A DNA stretch of 64,000 nt from Eremomyces bilateralis CBS 781.70 (Eukaryota): the NCBI GenBank assembly GCA_010015585.1, contig ML975168.1; one strand, given 5' to 3'. The position numbers and the translations under genes were made by a program. The notes beneath the pieces were generated by a model. It searched no databases. It was not told the origin of the DNA and worked only from the letters and a program-made list of their open reading frames with translations. Numbering within the stretch: position 1 is the first letter of the stretch; every line of letters begins with the position of its first letter. Below, piece by piece: positions 51,500 to 64,000 of the stretch.

Positions 51500-52225
51500 T
51501 CACCTCCCCACCTCCATTTTACGAATCTCTCCATCCGGGACATACCCATCACATACCGCCTCCAGACTATGCACATTCAACTCCTCATACCGCCCCTGCA
51601 ACTCCCCCCTGCACGTCCCCTCCACCTCCTCCATCACCCTCCCACACCACCTCTCATCCACCCGCACCGCCGTCGGATTCCCCGGACACTCCACACGATA
51701 CCTCCATCGCGCCAACCGTCGGTCCGCCTCCTCGCACTCCACCACCATTTCCCACCGCTGCGGCATCACAAACACCCTCTCACTCCACAACTCCCCGATA
51801 AAAAAACTCGCGTTCGTCGCGATGAACGTCTCGAGGAATAGATCGCTGAGCGCCCAGCGCGCCGCCTTGGGGTCCATACCGGAGTTGGGCCAGATCTGTG
51901 CTTCGGCGTCGAGGTCGCAGCCGACGTGCGGGACAAGGAAGTCAGTGAGCGTGCGGGTGTAGAGGCGGCTGCCGTCGGGGCGGGAGGTGAGATTCCAGGG
52001 TTGTTCGGGCCGCTCGAGGGCGAAGTAGAGGGGGCTGGGGCCGATGTGCATGGTTGAGCGGCCATGCATGTCGAGGTGGATGAGGGAGGGGTGGGTAGTG
52101 GTGGTGAGGGTGGTGTGGTGGTTGATTTTGGGGGTGGTGGAAGAGTTGGTGGTGGGGGGGCAGGAGCGGAGGGCGGTGGTGAGGGTGGGGAGGAAGAGGA
52201 GGGGGATGGTGAGAATGGACAGCAT
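51500..52225 (-). CDS. Secreted hypothetical protein, 241 aa, Cys-containing
   Basis: Signal peptide MLSILTIPLLFLPTLTTA, N-glycosylation sequons and 7 Cys, five of them in the C-terminal third. Confidence 0.75.
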   Translation of the reverse strand: MLSILTIPLLFLPTLTTALRSCPPTTNSSTTPKINHHTTLTTTTHPSLIHLDMHGRSTMHIGPSPLYFALERPEQPWNLTSRPDGSRLYTRTLTDFLVPHVGCDLDAEAQIWPNSGMDPKAARWALSDLFLETFIATNASFFIGELWSERVFVMPQRWEMVVECEEADRRLARWRYRVECPGNPTAVRVDERWCGRVMEEVEGTCRGELQGRYEELNVHSLEAVCDGYVPDGEIRKMEVGR

Positions 52226-52331
52226 TGTGGTGGTGTCTGTCGATGGTGGGCTAGTTAAGAAGTCCTGGAGGTCTTTGAAGCAGAAATGAATGAGAGGGCC
52301 GAGAAAGGAAATCTTTCAGAACTGGATTGTT

Positions 52332-52423
52332 TTATCGGAACGGGCTTGTTCTATCAAAACTTAGTTGGTTTATCGCAACTTGCTTGATCGAGTTCTAAGG
52401 ATGATAGCAACCGCGGCTGATAA
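52332..52423. promoter_or_regulatory. Cluster of five HGATAR (GATA-factor) sites; TGACTCA (Gcn4/CpcA-type) at 52552-52558
   Basis: TTATCG 52332, CTATCA 52351, TTATCG 52370, TGATAG 52402 and TGATAA 52418, lying 100-200 bp upstream of the secreted-protein ATG. Confidence 0.4.
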
Positions 52424-55400
52424 CTCTGCTTCTCAGGGGAATTTACACTGACAGGTTTTCAGTGTGAACGAAACCAGCGATTGGGAGAAGCTGTCAGTTC
52501 TTTCTGCGAATAGTAATTGAAAGATTTTGACTTTAAGGTGACTATGATTTGTGACTCAGAAGTTTGAAGTAATATGGAAATCCAAGTGTGATATATACAT
52601 TCTGAATGGCATAATCAAACATTCAGTGATGATGACTGGCTTTGTTTGCATTATCATCAATGTGGACATGCTGTCGGTGGAGCGGTTTGTGAATTGTCTC
52701 ATGCTGTTGGTAGCAGAATTCACATTCACCATCATTAAGCCCATTAACATGTTCACGCATATGACGGGACAGATGCCAGTCACCTATTTCTAATGGACGT
52801 GAGCCCACGATATCTGTGGTGATTTGGTCAGTCAGCCTAGAATCCCGAGTTCAAAGTCAATCTACTCCAGAAGTTGTTTCTACGCCTAAATATCTGTGTC
52901 TCCATCGGACTTTGAAGTGTGCTGCAGCAAGTAATTCCTTCGCGTCCCGGAGTGCAGTGTTAATATCATCGAGTCTCGAATTATGGTGGGATATTACTCC
53001 TGTGCTCGGAGGCTCCCACGTGTCCTCCACTCTAAGGCAGCAATCGGATTGATATGAGGCACCCATCGTCGTTTTGGCATGGCTCCCAAAATCGCCTCAT
53101 CAGCCAATCGCACCTACCGGAGCGATGATTTCAAATCCCCTTCACGATCCACCAGATCCTCACCACGATCAGCACCGCATGTACATTCCCCGTCCCCCCT
53201 CCTCCGACATCGACATCTCTCACAGTAAATTCAAGGCGCGCTGGTGCGTCCCAACTACCATCAATACCCGGCTCGCCGACGCGATATCGGCAGCGTCAGC
53301 AGAACGGGCTCACGGACGACTGGGGACAGAATCGATGACACACGGAAAACGGGCGGAAATGACCGACTTTTGGCTGCGTGGAGATGGAGGCCGGAGGATG
53401 TAGGGTGGTGGGCTGGGATATCAAGGCGGTATCCTGGGTGCGCCGCTGTCGGGCGAGAGTCGACGTACCAGTGACCGTCTACCGGGAGTTACCATATTAA
53501 ACATCCGGGATGGGTGGTGAGGAGTCGCATCCCTCAGCGGCATCGCATCTCCGCTAGATTTGGTCCTGTCATTCTGTTAGAGCCAGAGAGAGCAGGCAAA
53601 AATTTTCCAGTCGAGTCGTCGAGGCTAGAATATTGGGAAGGTGAGGCACCCGTTTCTTCCCGATGAAAATGCTGGATGGGATGGAGGCTAGAGAATGAGG
53701 ATGAGGCTACAGCGGGTAGGTTGATCTTGGAGGATGGGTCCGAGGGACGATGTTACGGGATGGAAATTTTATTGTTGGATAGTGGGAAGGGTGGGCGGGA
53801 GACGAGGAGGGATGAGAAAAAGAGGAGAGGGAGTGGGCGAATTGGAGGGGGGATTATGGCATCCGCTTGGGATGGGGAGATTGGTGGCCGATGGGATGGA
53901 CGAAGCCGAACACCACAGCAGCATCACCACATCCAAAATCCAGAGTTACGAACGTCTCTCCCGTCCCAAGAGTCAGACTTACCCAGGAATATGAAATAAT
54001 TATCCCCCATCAACGATCAATCCAGTCAATAGCCAACCTCCCATGACCTCACTCCTACTCCCCTCACCCCCAACCCTCACCCACAGCATTCCCACCACCC
54101 ACCACTCCACCAGCGCCAGGTAGCGTAGCGCGTACCCACCCAGGCACGCCCCGCCATAGATAAGCCCTCCCGCCAATCCCACCACTATCAGCGCCTCCTC
54201 CATTCCGTGACCCTACACAATTAGTCCGATCGCAAATAGGCGCATCCATCGCCATCCCGCGCACGGGCTGCATTCCCAATGCGCCGGCGCCGACCACGCG
54301 CCCGGGGAGCATGGTTGGCTAGAGGAGGGAGGAGGGATCTGCACCCCCTGGACCCTGGTGTTTCGGTGCGTATTCGCAGTGCAGAGGCGCGAGATGCGGT
54401 AGAGAGGAATAATGCGATGCGATGCGAAGCGCGGTATGGGGGGGGTCGACGGGAGGGTGCAGGATCAGCAGTGAGAGAGCGCAGGGATGGGGCGGATGGT
54501 GCTGGTTGGGGGTGGGTGGTGGGCGAATCAGAGGGGAGGGAATTGGCGAGACACAGCAGATGTTCGGCGCTAGGTTGCTGGGTTGGTTGGGTTATGTCAT
54601 GGAGGGAGCTTGATTCCTTGACGGTTGATGTACGAGATGGATTGTTGCAGGTAATGCCGTGGGGTAAGGTTTTGGGAGTTGGGAGCATATGGAGGCTCTG
54701 GGATATATGAGGGAGGGTGAGCGTGAGGAGGAAAGGGGTTGGATGGGTAGTACACGATGATGGGAGAGGTGATAAATGATCTCATGGAGTGTCTAATTGT
54801 AGTACAGAGACCAAGTTCATGGAATAAATCATTTGGTGACATCGCAATGGTTATGATGCTAGTATCATTCTCACATGTCCGGCTTCACACGAACAAAAAA
54901 CTTTCCGATGGAGGGGTAATGAGCACAACCACCATTTAGCCTCTTAGAAAGGGTCTAAATCTAGGATGGCAGTTAGCCTTAACTAGCCAAGTGGTCTGAA
55001 ATACGATTAACCGGCCACCAGCACAAGCAAGCTTTCCTCGAAAAGGGACCGGAGAGGGTGGGAGAGAGGATGTGGCGGATAGACGAGGTCAGAGCAGTGG
55101 GAAAAAAACGCCCACCATCAGACCATGACACTAACAGATTTCCCCACCCTCTCTCTCTCTGAGGCTTCTTTCTGGTTTAAAGAGCCTCGCCCATCTCCGT
55201 TCGAGGATATTGATTCTGCTTCTTCTTGCTGCTTGATCTTGCTGCTTGCTCAAAGATACTCCCTACCGCCCACGTCCCATCGCACGCATATACGCACGCA
55301 CCGCCATTCTTGGAACCACCCAGTCTGACTGATTCGACAAGTGGGAGAAGTGAAGATTGACTGCCAATTGCTTGGAATTCCATTGGGAATTTGCACGCGA

Positions 55401-55464
55401 ACAGGTCATATAGGTGAGATGATTTCTATTACTGTTCTGTTACTTGTCACGCCGAATCCACAGC

Positions 55465-55590
55465 AGCGAGAGAGAAAACGGGAGGGAGAGAGTCACCAAT
55501 GTGCCACCAGAGTTTTGCCAAAGAGCCAGAGAGAGATCGAGAGCCAGAGCCAGAGAGAGCGAGAGATCCAGCGAGAGGAAGCAGCAGGGA
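55465..55590 (+). repeat. GA-rich low-complexity tract with AGAGCC repeats upstream of GLT1
   Basis: gagagaga...agagccagagagagatcgagagccagagccagagagagcgagag. Confidence 0.6.
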
Positions 55591-56830
55591 GCATCACCAA
55601 CCCGCCACCAAAAAAAGATTCCCAAAAGTCCAGCCCACGCCACAACATGTCACAAAAACCAGCATCGTGCAAAACCCCACATGGGCGACATCTCGCATCT
55701 CGCACCGATTGAAACTATGCGAAACCGGCCATTTCCTGCAGCCCTCCGGCCGCCAATGCAGCAGCCGCCGCAAAACGTCCCATTCCTTGTCCCTCCCACT
55801 ACGACCCCGCGCTCCACCAGTCTAACCGTCACTAAGCGACGTCGCTGATTCGACGAGACACGGCGCTCTTATCACCAAGCACCCCGAGCTTCTTAATTTC
55901 TGGACGTCGGAGTGCAGTGTGTTTCTCCGGTGTGCTCGAAATTGGGGTGCTTGGGGAGGCGAGGCGGAAACGCACTATCGGCTTTTTCGATGCTCTGCTC
56001 GGCTTGGAGCTCGATTGGACTGGCTGAGCGGGTTGGTGGTCTGGTATCAATTGGCATGGGAATGCACACGAGCTCCCACCGCGACGGTCGGCCATGGTTG
56101 AGCGCATATCGGGAGGGTGTGGGTAACAAACCTGGCAATTGGTGAAGAATGGCCTTGAGAATGCGAGAAACCGAGCCGCTGCGATCATCATCATCATCGC
56201 GATACTGCCATCAGCAATCAAGATTGACATTGCAGCAGTATTGCCATCGCTGGAACGTTTTGTGGAGATCAACCGTGCAACCGGTGACTTCATTTCTCTC
56301 CCTCTACTCTCGCTGCTGAAACACGGAAGCCGGAATTTCTCTTCTCGGAATTTCTCTCTCTTCTATCCATCGTGCTTGTCAACTTGCTTCTTTCTGTCAA
56401 TCTCTATCTCTCTGCCAACTCCCCTTCACAAGAATCACCGAGTTCTGCAGTAAAGGCATTGGAATTCATTGAGATTGTCCTTGAGAGCTGCTTGAGCTTT
56501 GTCCCTGCGCTCCGACCTCCTCTCCCGCCTCTTTTTGTGCCCCTCTTCATTCTTACGCCTGCATAAATTACTGAGACTATCCTCTCCCACAATTCATCTT
56601 TACTGATCCACCATTTCTCCCAATAGATCCACCCGCTCCCTCCTCTCCCCATCCCCAGAGCCACACATCCACGCTCCCTGGCGCCCGAGTGCGCCAAAGC
56701 AGCCCCATTGCCGCCGATTTCCTCCCAATCGCACGGTTCTCCCTCTCGCTCGGTCCTCCCTCGACCGACCGAACCCACTTCATCCATCCAAAGCTCTAGA
56801 TACCTCCTCTCGGCCAACTGCGCCGAAAGC

Positions 56831-59800
56831 ATGGGTCGGGTTTCTTTCGACGTGAATATCAAACAACACGAGTACGAAATCGACGATGTGGACGATGGAT
56901 CGTCACACTCGGTCTTCGAGTATCAGGACACCGCGGAGAATAAGTCCTGGGCCGGCACGCTGCCCTTGAAGCAGGGGTTGTATGACCCGGAGCTTGAGAA
57001 AGATGCCTGTGGTGTTGGTTTTGCTGCGTACGTCTTCCCGATCCCAACCATGCCAAACTGCTGGAGATATGTTGCTGATATGCGGATGATAGCCATATAA
57101 AGGGTGTGCCCAGCCACAAGATCGTGAGCGATGGTAAGCTCTGGAACTATATAACCTCCGAAACACAGCTGATGTATTCTCTTCAGCCAAAAATCTTCTA
57201 TGCAACATGACCCATCGTGGTGCGGTCGGTTCCGATGCCCGCGATGGTGATGGCGCTGGTGTGATGACCTCCATTCCGCACAAGTTCTTCCAAAAGAACT
57301 TCGAGCGGGAGCAGGGGATCAAATTGCCCGCCCTTGGAAAATATGCCGCCGGTAACCTGTTCTTCAAGCCGGACACCGATATCTTGAAGGACACCATTGC
57401 AACGTTCGAGGAGGTCGCGGACTCCCTGCATTTGCGCGTGCTGGGGTGGCGTGAAGTCCCCCGCGACTCGAGCATTCTTGGGCCTGCGGCGCTCTCTCGT
57501 GAGCCCATCATTCTTCAGCCTTTCGTCGTCCAGAAATCCGCGTACGGTGATGGGACAGCGCCGAATGATGACTTCGACGAGAAATACGACAACACCTACT
57601 TCGAGAAGCAATTGTACATCCTACGGAAGCACGCCACGCACAAGATCGGTCTGCAGAATTGGTTCTACCTATGCTCCTTGAGCAACCGTAACATCGTCTA
57701 CAAGGGTCAACTGTCGCCCGTCCAGGTCTACGAATACTATCATGACCTGGTCAACGTCGACTATGAAGGCCATTTCGCGCTCGTCCACTCCCGTTTCTCA
57801 ACCAACACTTTCCCCTCCTGGGACCGTGCCCAGCCATTGCGATGGGCCGCTCACAACGGTGAAATCAACACGCTCCGCGGCAACAAGAACTGGATGCGTG
57901 CTCGCGAAGGTGTCTTGAAATCCCAATTCTTCGGCGACGACCTGGAACTGCTATACCCGATCATCGAAGACGGCGGCTCCGATTCCGCGGCCTTCGACAA
58001 CGTGCTGGAACTCCTCGTCATAAACGGCGTCCTCTCTCTCCCCGAGGCGGTCATGCTCATGGTCCCCGAGGCTTGGCAAGGCAACCGCGCCATGGACCCT
58101 GCGAAACAGGCCTTCTACGAATGGGCTGGCTGCATGATGGAGCCGTGGGACGGACCCGCGCTGTTCACCTTCTCGGACGGTCGATACTGCGGCGCAAACC
58201 TCGATCGGAACGGCCTGCGTCCGTGCCGATACTACGTGACCGACGACGACCGCATCGTGTGCGCGTCCGAGGTCGGCGCTATCGCCATTGATCCGGAGCG
58301 TGTTATCCAGAAAGGTCGGCTGCAGCCTGGTCGTATGTTGCTTGTTGACACGGTGGCGGGCCGGATTGTGGACGACACCGAGCTGAAGCAGACGGTCGCA
58401 GCACGGCAAGATTTCCGCTCGTGGGTCGAGAAGGAGCTGATTGTCATGCCGAACGTTCACCAGCGGCTGTCCGAGTCCGACACGGATATCTCCTTCAAGC
58501 TCAATGACTATCGGCTGCAGGAAGACCCGATGCTCAAAGCATTCGGATACTCGCTCGAACAGGTCAGCCTGCTGCTTGGACCGATGGCTGCAGACTCCAA
58601 GGAAGCACTCGGATCCATGGGCAACGACGCCCCTCTCGCAATCATCGCATCGCAGCCCCGTATTCTCTACGAGTACTTCCGCCAGCTCTTCGCGCAGGTC
58701 ACCAATCCCCCCATCGACCCCATCCGTGAAGCCGTCGTCATGTCGCTGGAAGCCTACGTCGGACCACAAGGCAACCTCCTCGAGATGAACCAGAGCCAAT
58801 GCCACCGGCTGCTCCTCCCCTCGCCAATGCTCTCCATCGACGAGTTCAACGCCCTGACGAACATTACCCGGCTCTACCCCGCCTGGACCGTCCGCGTCGT
58901 GGACATCACGTTCCCGAAATCAGAGGGCGTGCAGGGCTACATGGACGCGCTGGACCGTATCTGCGAGGAGACGAACGAGGCCGTCGAGGCGAATGATAGC
59001 GTTTTGGTGCTATCTGATCGCGCGACGTCGGCGGACCGCGTGCCCGTTTCGTCGCTACTGGCTACGGGTATGGTGCATCATCACCTTGTCCGTAACCGAT
59101 GGCGGTCGAAGATGGCGGTCGTGGTGGAGACGGCGGAGGCGCGTGAGGTGCACCATATGTGCGTTCTCGTCGGCTACGGCGCTGATGCCATCTGCCCCTA
59201 CCTCGCCGTGGAGTGTATCCTGAAGATGAGCCGCGAGGGACTGATCCGCAAGAAGCTGGAGCCGAAACAGCTCATTGACAACTACAAGCATTCGTGCGAC
59301 GGCGGGATCCTCAAGGTCATGAGCAAAATGGGTATCTCCACCCTGCAGAGCTACAAAGGCGCTCAGATCTTTGAAGCGCTCGGTATTGACGACTCTGTCG
59401 TCGATCGCTGCTTCACGGGAACGGCCACCCGTATCAAGGGCATGACCTTCGAGCTCATCGCTCAGGATGCTTTCGCCATGCACGAGAAAGGTTTTCCGTC
59501 GCGCCCCATCGTCGAGATCCCCGGTCTCGCCGAGACAGGAGAATACCATTGGCGCGACGGCGGCGAAGCGCACGTCAACGACCCCACCAGCATCGCCAAC
59601 ATCCAAGACGCCGTGCGCAGCAAAAACGACAAGTCCTACGAAGCGTACTCCCGCTCAGAATACGAGCAAATCAAAAACTGCACGCTCCGCGGCCTCCTCG
59701 ATTTCAGTTTCGAGGAGCGCGCCCCCGTCCCCATCGACCAAGTCGAGCCGTGGACCGAAATCGTCCGCCGCTTCGTCACCGGCGCCATGTCCTACGGTTC

Positions 59801-62800
59801 CATCTCCATGGAATCCCACTCGACCCTCGCCGTCGCCATGAACCGCCTAGGCGGCAAGTCGAACACCGGCGAGGGCGGCGAGGACCCCGAGCGCTCCCAG
59901 CGCCTTGAGAATGGCGACACCATGCGCTCCGCTATCAAGCAGATCGCCTCTGGCCGCTTCGGCGTCACGTCGAACTACCTCGCTGACGCGGACGAGCTGC
60001 AGATCAAGATGGCACAGGGCGCGAAGCCGGGCGAGGGCGGAGAGTTGCCGGGCCACAAGGTGTCGGGACCGATCGCGAAGACGCGGCATTCGACGCCGGG
60101 CGTCGGGTTGATTTCGCCACCGCCGCATCATGATATTTACTCCATTGAGGATCTGAAGCAGTTGATCTACGATCTGAAGTGCTCGAATCCGCGGGCGAGA
60201 GTCTCGGTGAAGCTAGTCTCTGAGACCGGTGTCGGTATCGTGGCGTCTGGTGTCGCGAAGGCGAAGGCGGATCATATTTTGATCTCCGGCCATGATGGTG
60301 GTACGGGTGCGTCACGGTGGACCGGCATCAAGTATGCGGGTTTGCCGTGGGAGTTGGGTCTTGCTGAGACGCATCAAACCTTGGTGCTCAACGACTTGCG
60401 AGGACGTGTCATCGTGCAGACGGATGGACAACTCCGAACCGGCCGCGATGTCGCCATTGCATGCTTGTTGGGTGCCGAGGAGTGGGGATTCGCTACCACC
60501 CCGCTCATTGCCATGGGGTGCATCATGATGAGAAAGTGCCACCTGAACACCTGCCCAGTCGGGATCGCGACCCAGGACCCTGAACTCCGTAAGAAGTTCA
60601 CGGGCACCCCCGAGCACGTCATCAACTTCTTCTACTACATCGCCAACGAGCTCCGCGCCATCATGGCCAAGCTCGGCTTCCGCACCGTCAACGAGATGGT
60701 CGGCCGCTCCGAGTGCCTCAAGGTCCGCGAGGACCTGCGCACCGCGAAGACCGCGAACATCGACCTCTCGCTCATCCTGACCCCCGCGCACACCCTTCGC
60801 CCCGGTGTCGCTACCTACAACGTCCGCAAACAGGACCACAAGCTGCACGTCCGTCTGGACAACAAGCTCATCGCCGAGTCCGAGCTGGCCATCGAGAAGG
60901 GCCTGCCGACCCGCATCGAGTGTGACATCGTGAACACCGATCGCGCGATGGGCGCCACCTTGTCCTACCACATCAGCCGCCGCTACGGCGAAGCCGGCCT
61001 GCCGCAGGACACCATCCACGCCAACATCCGCGGTTCCGCCGGCCAGTCGTTCGGCGCGTTCCTCGCGCCCGGCGTGACGCTCGAGCTGGAGGGCGACGCC
61101 AACGACTACGTCGGCAAAGGCCTGTCGGGCGGTCGTCTGATCATCTACCCGCCGCGCACCGCCGTGTTCAAGGCGGAGGAGAACATCCTCATTGGCAACG
61201 TGTGCCTGTACGGCGCAACCAGCGGGACCTGTTTCTTCCGCGGTGTTGCCGCCGAGCGGTTCGCGGTCCGCAATTCGGGTGTGACCGCCGTTGTCGAGGG
61301 CGTCGGCGATCATTGCTGCGAGTACATGACCGGTGGCCGCGTCCTGGTCCTCGGGCCCACCGGCCGCAATTTCGCGGCGGGCATGTCGGGTGGTATCGCG
61401 TATGTCCTGGACATGACGCGCGACTTCGAGAACAAGGTCAATCAGGAGATGGTGGAGCTGTCCGGCGTGGACGACCCGACCGAGATCGCGTTCCTGCGCG
61501 GCTTGATCGAGGATCACCACCACTACACGGGCTCGGAACTCGCGGCGCGCATCCTGCTAGACTTCAGCCGGGCGCTGCCGCGGTTTGTCAAGGTGCTGCC
61601 GACGGATTACAAGCGCGTACTGCTGGAGGAGGCGGCGAAGGCGGAGGAGGCGAAGAAGGTGGCGTATCCGCTGCCGATCCTGGCAGGGAGTGCGCGCGAG
61701 GAGCCGCGCAAGAAGCAGGAGGCGGAGGGGAAGGAGCACAAGACTGAGCTGATGGATATGGAGGACAGCATCATGGACAAGAAGACCGAGGAGCGGAAGT
61801 CGGCTCTCATTCTGGACAAGACGAAGGGGTTCATGAAGTACAAGCGCCGCGCGGAGAAGTACCGTGACGCGAAAACCCGGACGAGGGATTGGCGCGAGCT
61901 GTCGACGCGGTTGACGGAAGATGAGCTGAAGTTCCAGACAGCGCGCTGCATGGACTGTGGTGTCCCCTTCTGCCAATCCGACACGGGCTGCCCGATCAGC
62001 AACATCATCCCCAAGTGGAACGAGTTGGTCTTCCAGAACCAATGGCAGGACGCTCTCAACCGCCTTCTCATGACGAACAACTTCCCGGAGTTCACTGGCC
62101 GCGTCTGCCCGGCGCCCTGCGAGGGTGCCTGCGTCCTCGGCATCAACGAGGACCCCGTCGGTATCAAGTCGATCGAGTGCGCCATCATCGACCGTGGCTT
62201 CGAGATGGGCTGGATGGCCCCGAAGCCGCCCAAGGTCCGCTCCGGCAAGACCGTCGCCATCATCGGATCCGGTCCCGCCGGCTTGGCGACTGCCGATCAA
62301 CTCAACCGTGCCGGCCACACCGTCACCGTTTACGAGCGTTCTGACCGTGTCGGTGGTCTGCTGATGTACGGCATCCCCAACATGAAGCTCGACAAGGGCG
62401 TCGTGCAGCGTCGCGTGGACCTTATGGCCGCTGAAGGCGTGAAGTTCGTCACCGGCTGCTCCGTTGGCGAAGGCGACGTGACACTCGCATCGCTCCGCGC
62501 AAGCAACGACGCCGTCGTTCTTGCAACCGGCGCCACTGTCGCGCGTGACTTGCCGATTCCCAACCGCAACCTCGAGGGCATCCACTTCGCGATGGAGTTC
62601 CTGCACAAGAACACCAAATCGCTGCTTGACTCAAGCCTGGAGGATGGAACATATATCTCTGCGAAGGACAAACACGTCGTCGTCATCGGCGGCGGTGACA
62701 CCGGCAACGACTGCATCGGCACGTCCGTCCGCCACGGCGCGCGGTCCGTCACGAACTTCGAGCTGCTGCCGCAGCCGCCTCCAGAGCGGGCGCCTGATAA

Positions 62801-63420
62801 CCCGTGGCCGCAGTGGCCCCGCATCTACCGCATCGACTACGGCCACACGGAGGTCAAGACGCACATGGGCAAGGACCCGCGCGAGTATTGTGTGATGAGC
62901 AAGGAGTTCGTGGACGACGGGAGCGGAAAGGTGAAGGGGATTAACACAATCCGGGTGGAGTGGACGAAGAGCGCGACGGGCGGATGGGACATGAAGCAGA
63001 TAGAGGGGAGTGAGCAGTTCTTCCCGGCCGACTTGGTGCTGTTGTCGATGGGCTTCTTGGGTCCGGAAGACCGCGTGCTGGGTGGTGAGATCGAGAAGGA
63101 TGCGAGGAAGAACGTGAAGACGCCGGCGGGTCACTATAACACCAACCTTGCGGGCGTGTTTGCGGCGGGCGATTGCAGGAGAGGGCAATCGTTGATCGTT
63201 TGGTAAGTTGACCTTCCTCATCATCATCGTTCGCCCGGAAACCATATACTGACTCGGTAACAGGGGTATCAATGAAGGTCGCATGGCCGCTCGCGACGTC
63301 GACTCCTACCTCACTGGCGTCGGCACTCAACTCCCCGTCACCGGCGGCATCGTCAAGCGCGCACCATTCGAGCTCCTATCCAAAACCGGCGCAGAGGAGC
63401 TGATCACCGCGGCCGCATAA
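56831..63420 (+). CDS. GLT1: NADH-dependent glutamate synthase (GOGAT), 4 exons
   Basis: EKDACGVGF (Ntn Cys), HRGAVGSDARDGDGAG, HSRFSTNTFPSW, AHNGEINTLRGN, QIKMAQGAKPGEGG, CIMMRKCHLNTCPVG, beta-subunit RCMDCGVPFC and GGGDTGNDC. Introns at ~57028, ~57134 and ~63203. Stop TAA at 63418-63420. Confidence 0.98.
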
Positions 63421-64000
63421 ACGCACATAACGTCTTTCATGCCATGATCGAACGAACCCACGACATTTTTCAACGTTTGAGATGAATTCGCATGCTCATG
63501 CCTACGCTTCCCCGCATCTCCTGGCGCTTTTTTCGCGGCGCTTTTCGATTATTTCTCGTGGTGCGCTGCTCTACTTGATACCCGTTACGATAGATCGGGT
63601 TCGCCGTGCGGCTTCTGGGCCGTGTTTGTTTCGCATGAAGTCTACCATCGATGGAGGGAAGATACTGGGATGTCTTTGGACATCGGGTGCTGGGCACTGG
63701 GATAGACGCGCAGGAGGACAAGTCATGGACTGCGAACGATCCCTGGGATGGGACGAGGCAGGATTGCGCATAGATGGCAGTTGATGTTCAAGGGTGGAAA
63801 AAATTGATTTATAGCTAAAGCGTTGTTCGTTGCGTACTTGTTTGTTTGCTTGCTCGGGAGGTAGATCTGATGTACCTTCTGTATCAATCTCAGTTAAAAC
63901 ATAGCTGCTCGTCCTGCATGTCGTGATCTATGTAACCCATTTCCTGTCGATTCAGGTCTTCAAGGCCATTTATCGTTGACAACATTTCCCTACGGCCAAA

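Noticed and set aside
54000..54312. Hydrophobic mini-exon (GHGMEEALIVVGLAGG...) preceded by CTAAT...TAG
   Set aside because: No consistent upstream exon or start found; G-rich skew alone can generate G/V/W-rich frames.
57187..63202. Possible intein in GLT1 (known in some ascomycetes)
   Set aside because: The protein is of normal length and the conserved motifs, including MMRKCHLNTCPVG, are contiguous; no intein or homing endonuclease.
57951..63284. Long antisense ORFs (284-403 aa) opposite GLT1, and similar shadow ORFs over other genes
   Set aside because: Expected by-product of GC-rich third codon positions; no independent motifs.

Overview
Eukaryotic DNA from a filamentous ascomycete (Pezizomycotina, probably a Dothideomycete), with short GT-AG introns carrying CTRAY branch sites. 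The left ~9.5 kb looks like an accessory innate-immunity/allorecognition patch. It holds an HET-E-type NACHT NLR running off the left edge, whose 34-aa first exon resembles a HET-s-related amyloid signalling motif, plus a broken ankyrin-repeat fragment, low-complexity gene relics, a probable LINE 3' end and a HET-domain gene. The rest is mostly core genes: ERG4, MAG2/RNF10-like RING E3 head-to-head with UBP3/USP10, LST8, RAD52, YFH7-like kinase, ERF2, PRP21, IMA1, PPC decarboxylase, GLR1 and GLT1. A second accessory-looking block at ~23.2-30.9 kb holds a pseudogene, a foldback MITE, a Cys-rich membrane protein and a GT71 mannosyltransferase. Best leads: the amyloid-motif NLR; the divergent 40S ubiquitin writer/eraser pair with a MITE in its shared promoter; a possible spliced C-terminal extension of LST8; a possible CUG-initiated mitochondrial GLR1 isoform; and recurrent C-rich to G-rich skew flips. 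All calls come from manual reading and motif recognition; no searches were run.
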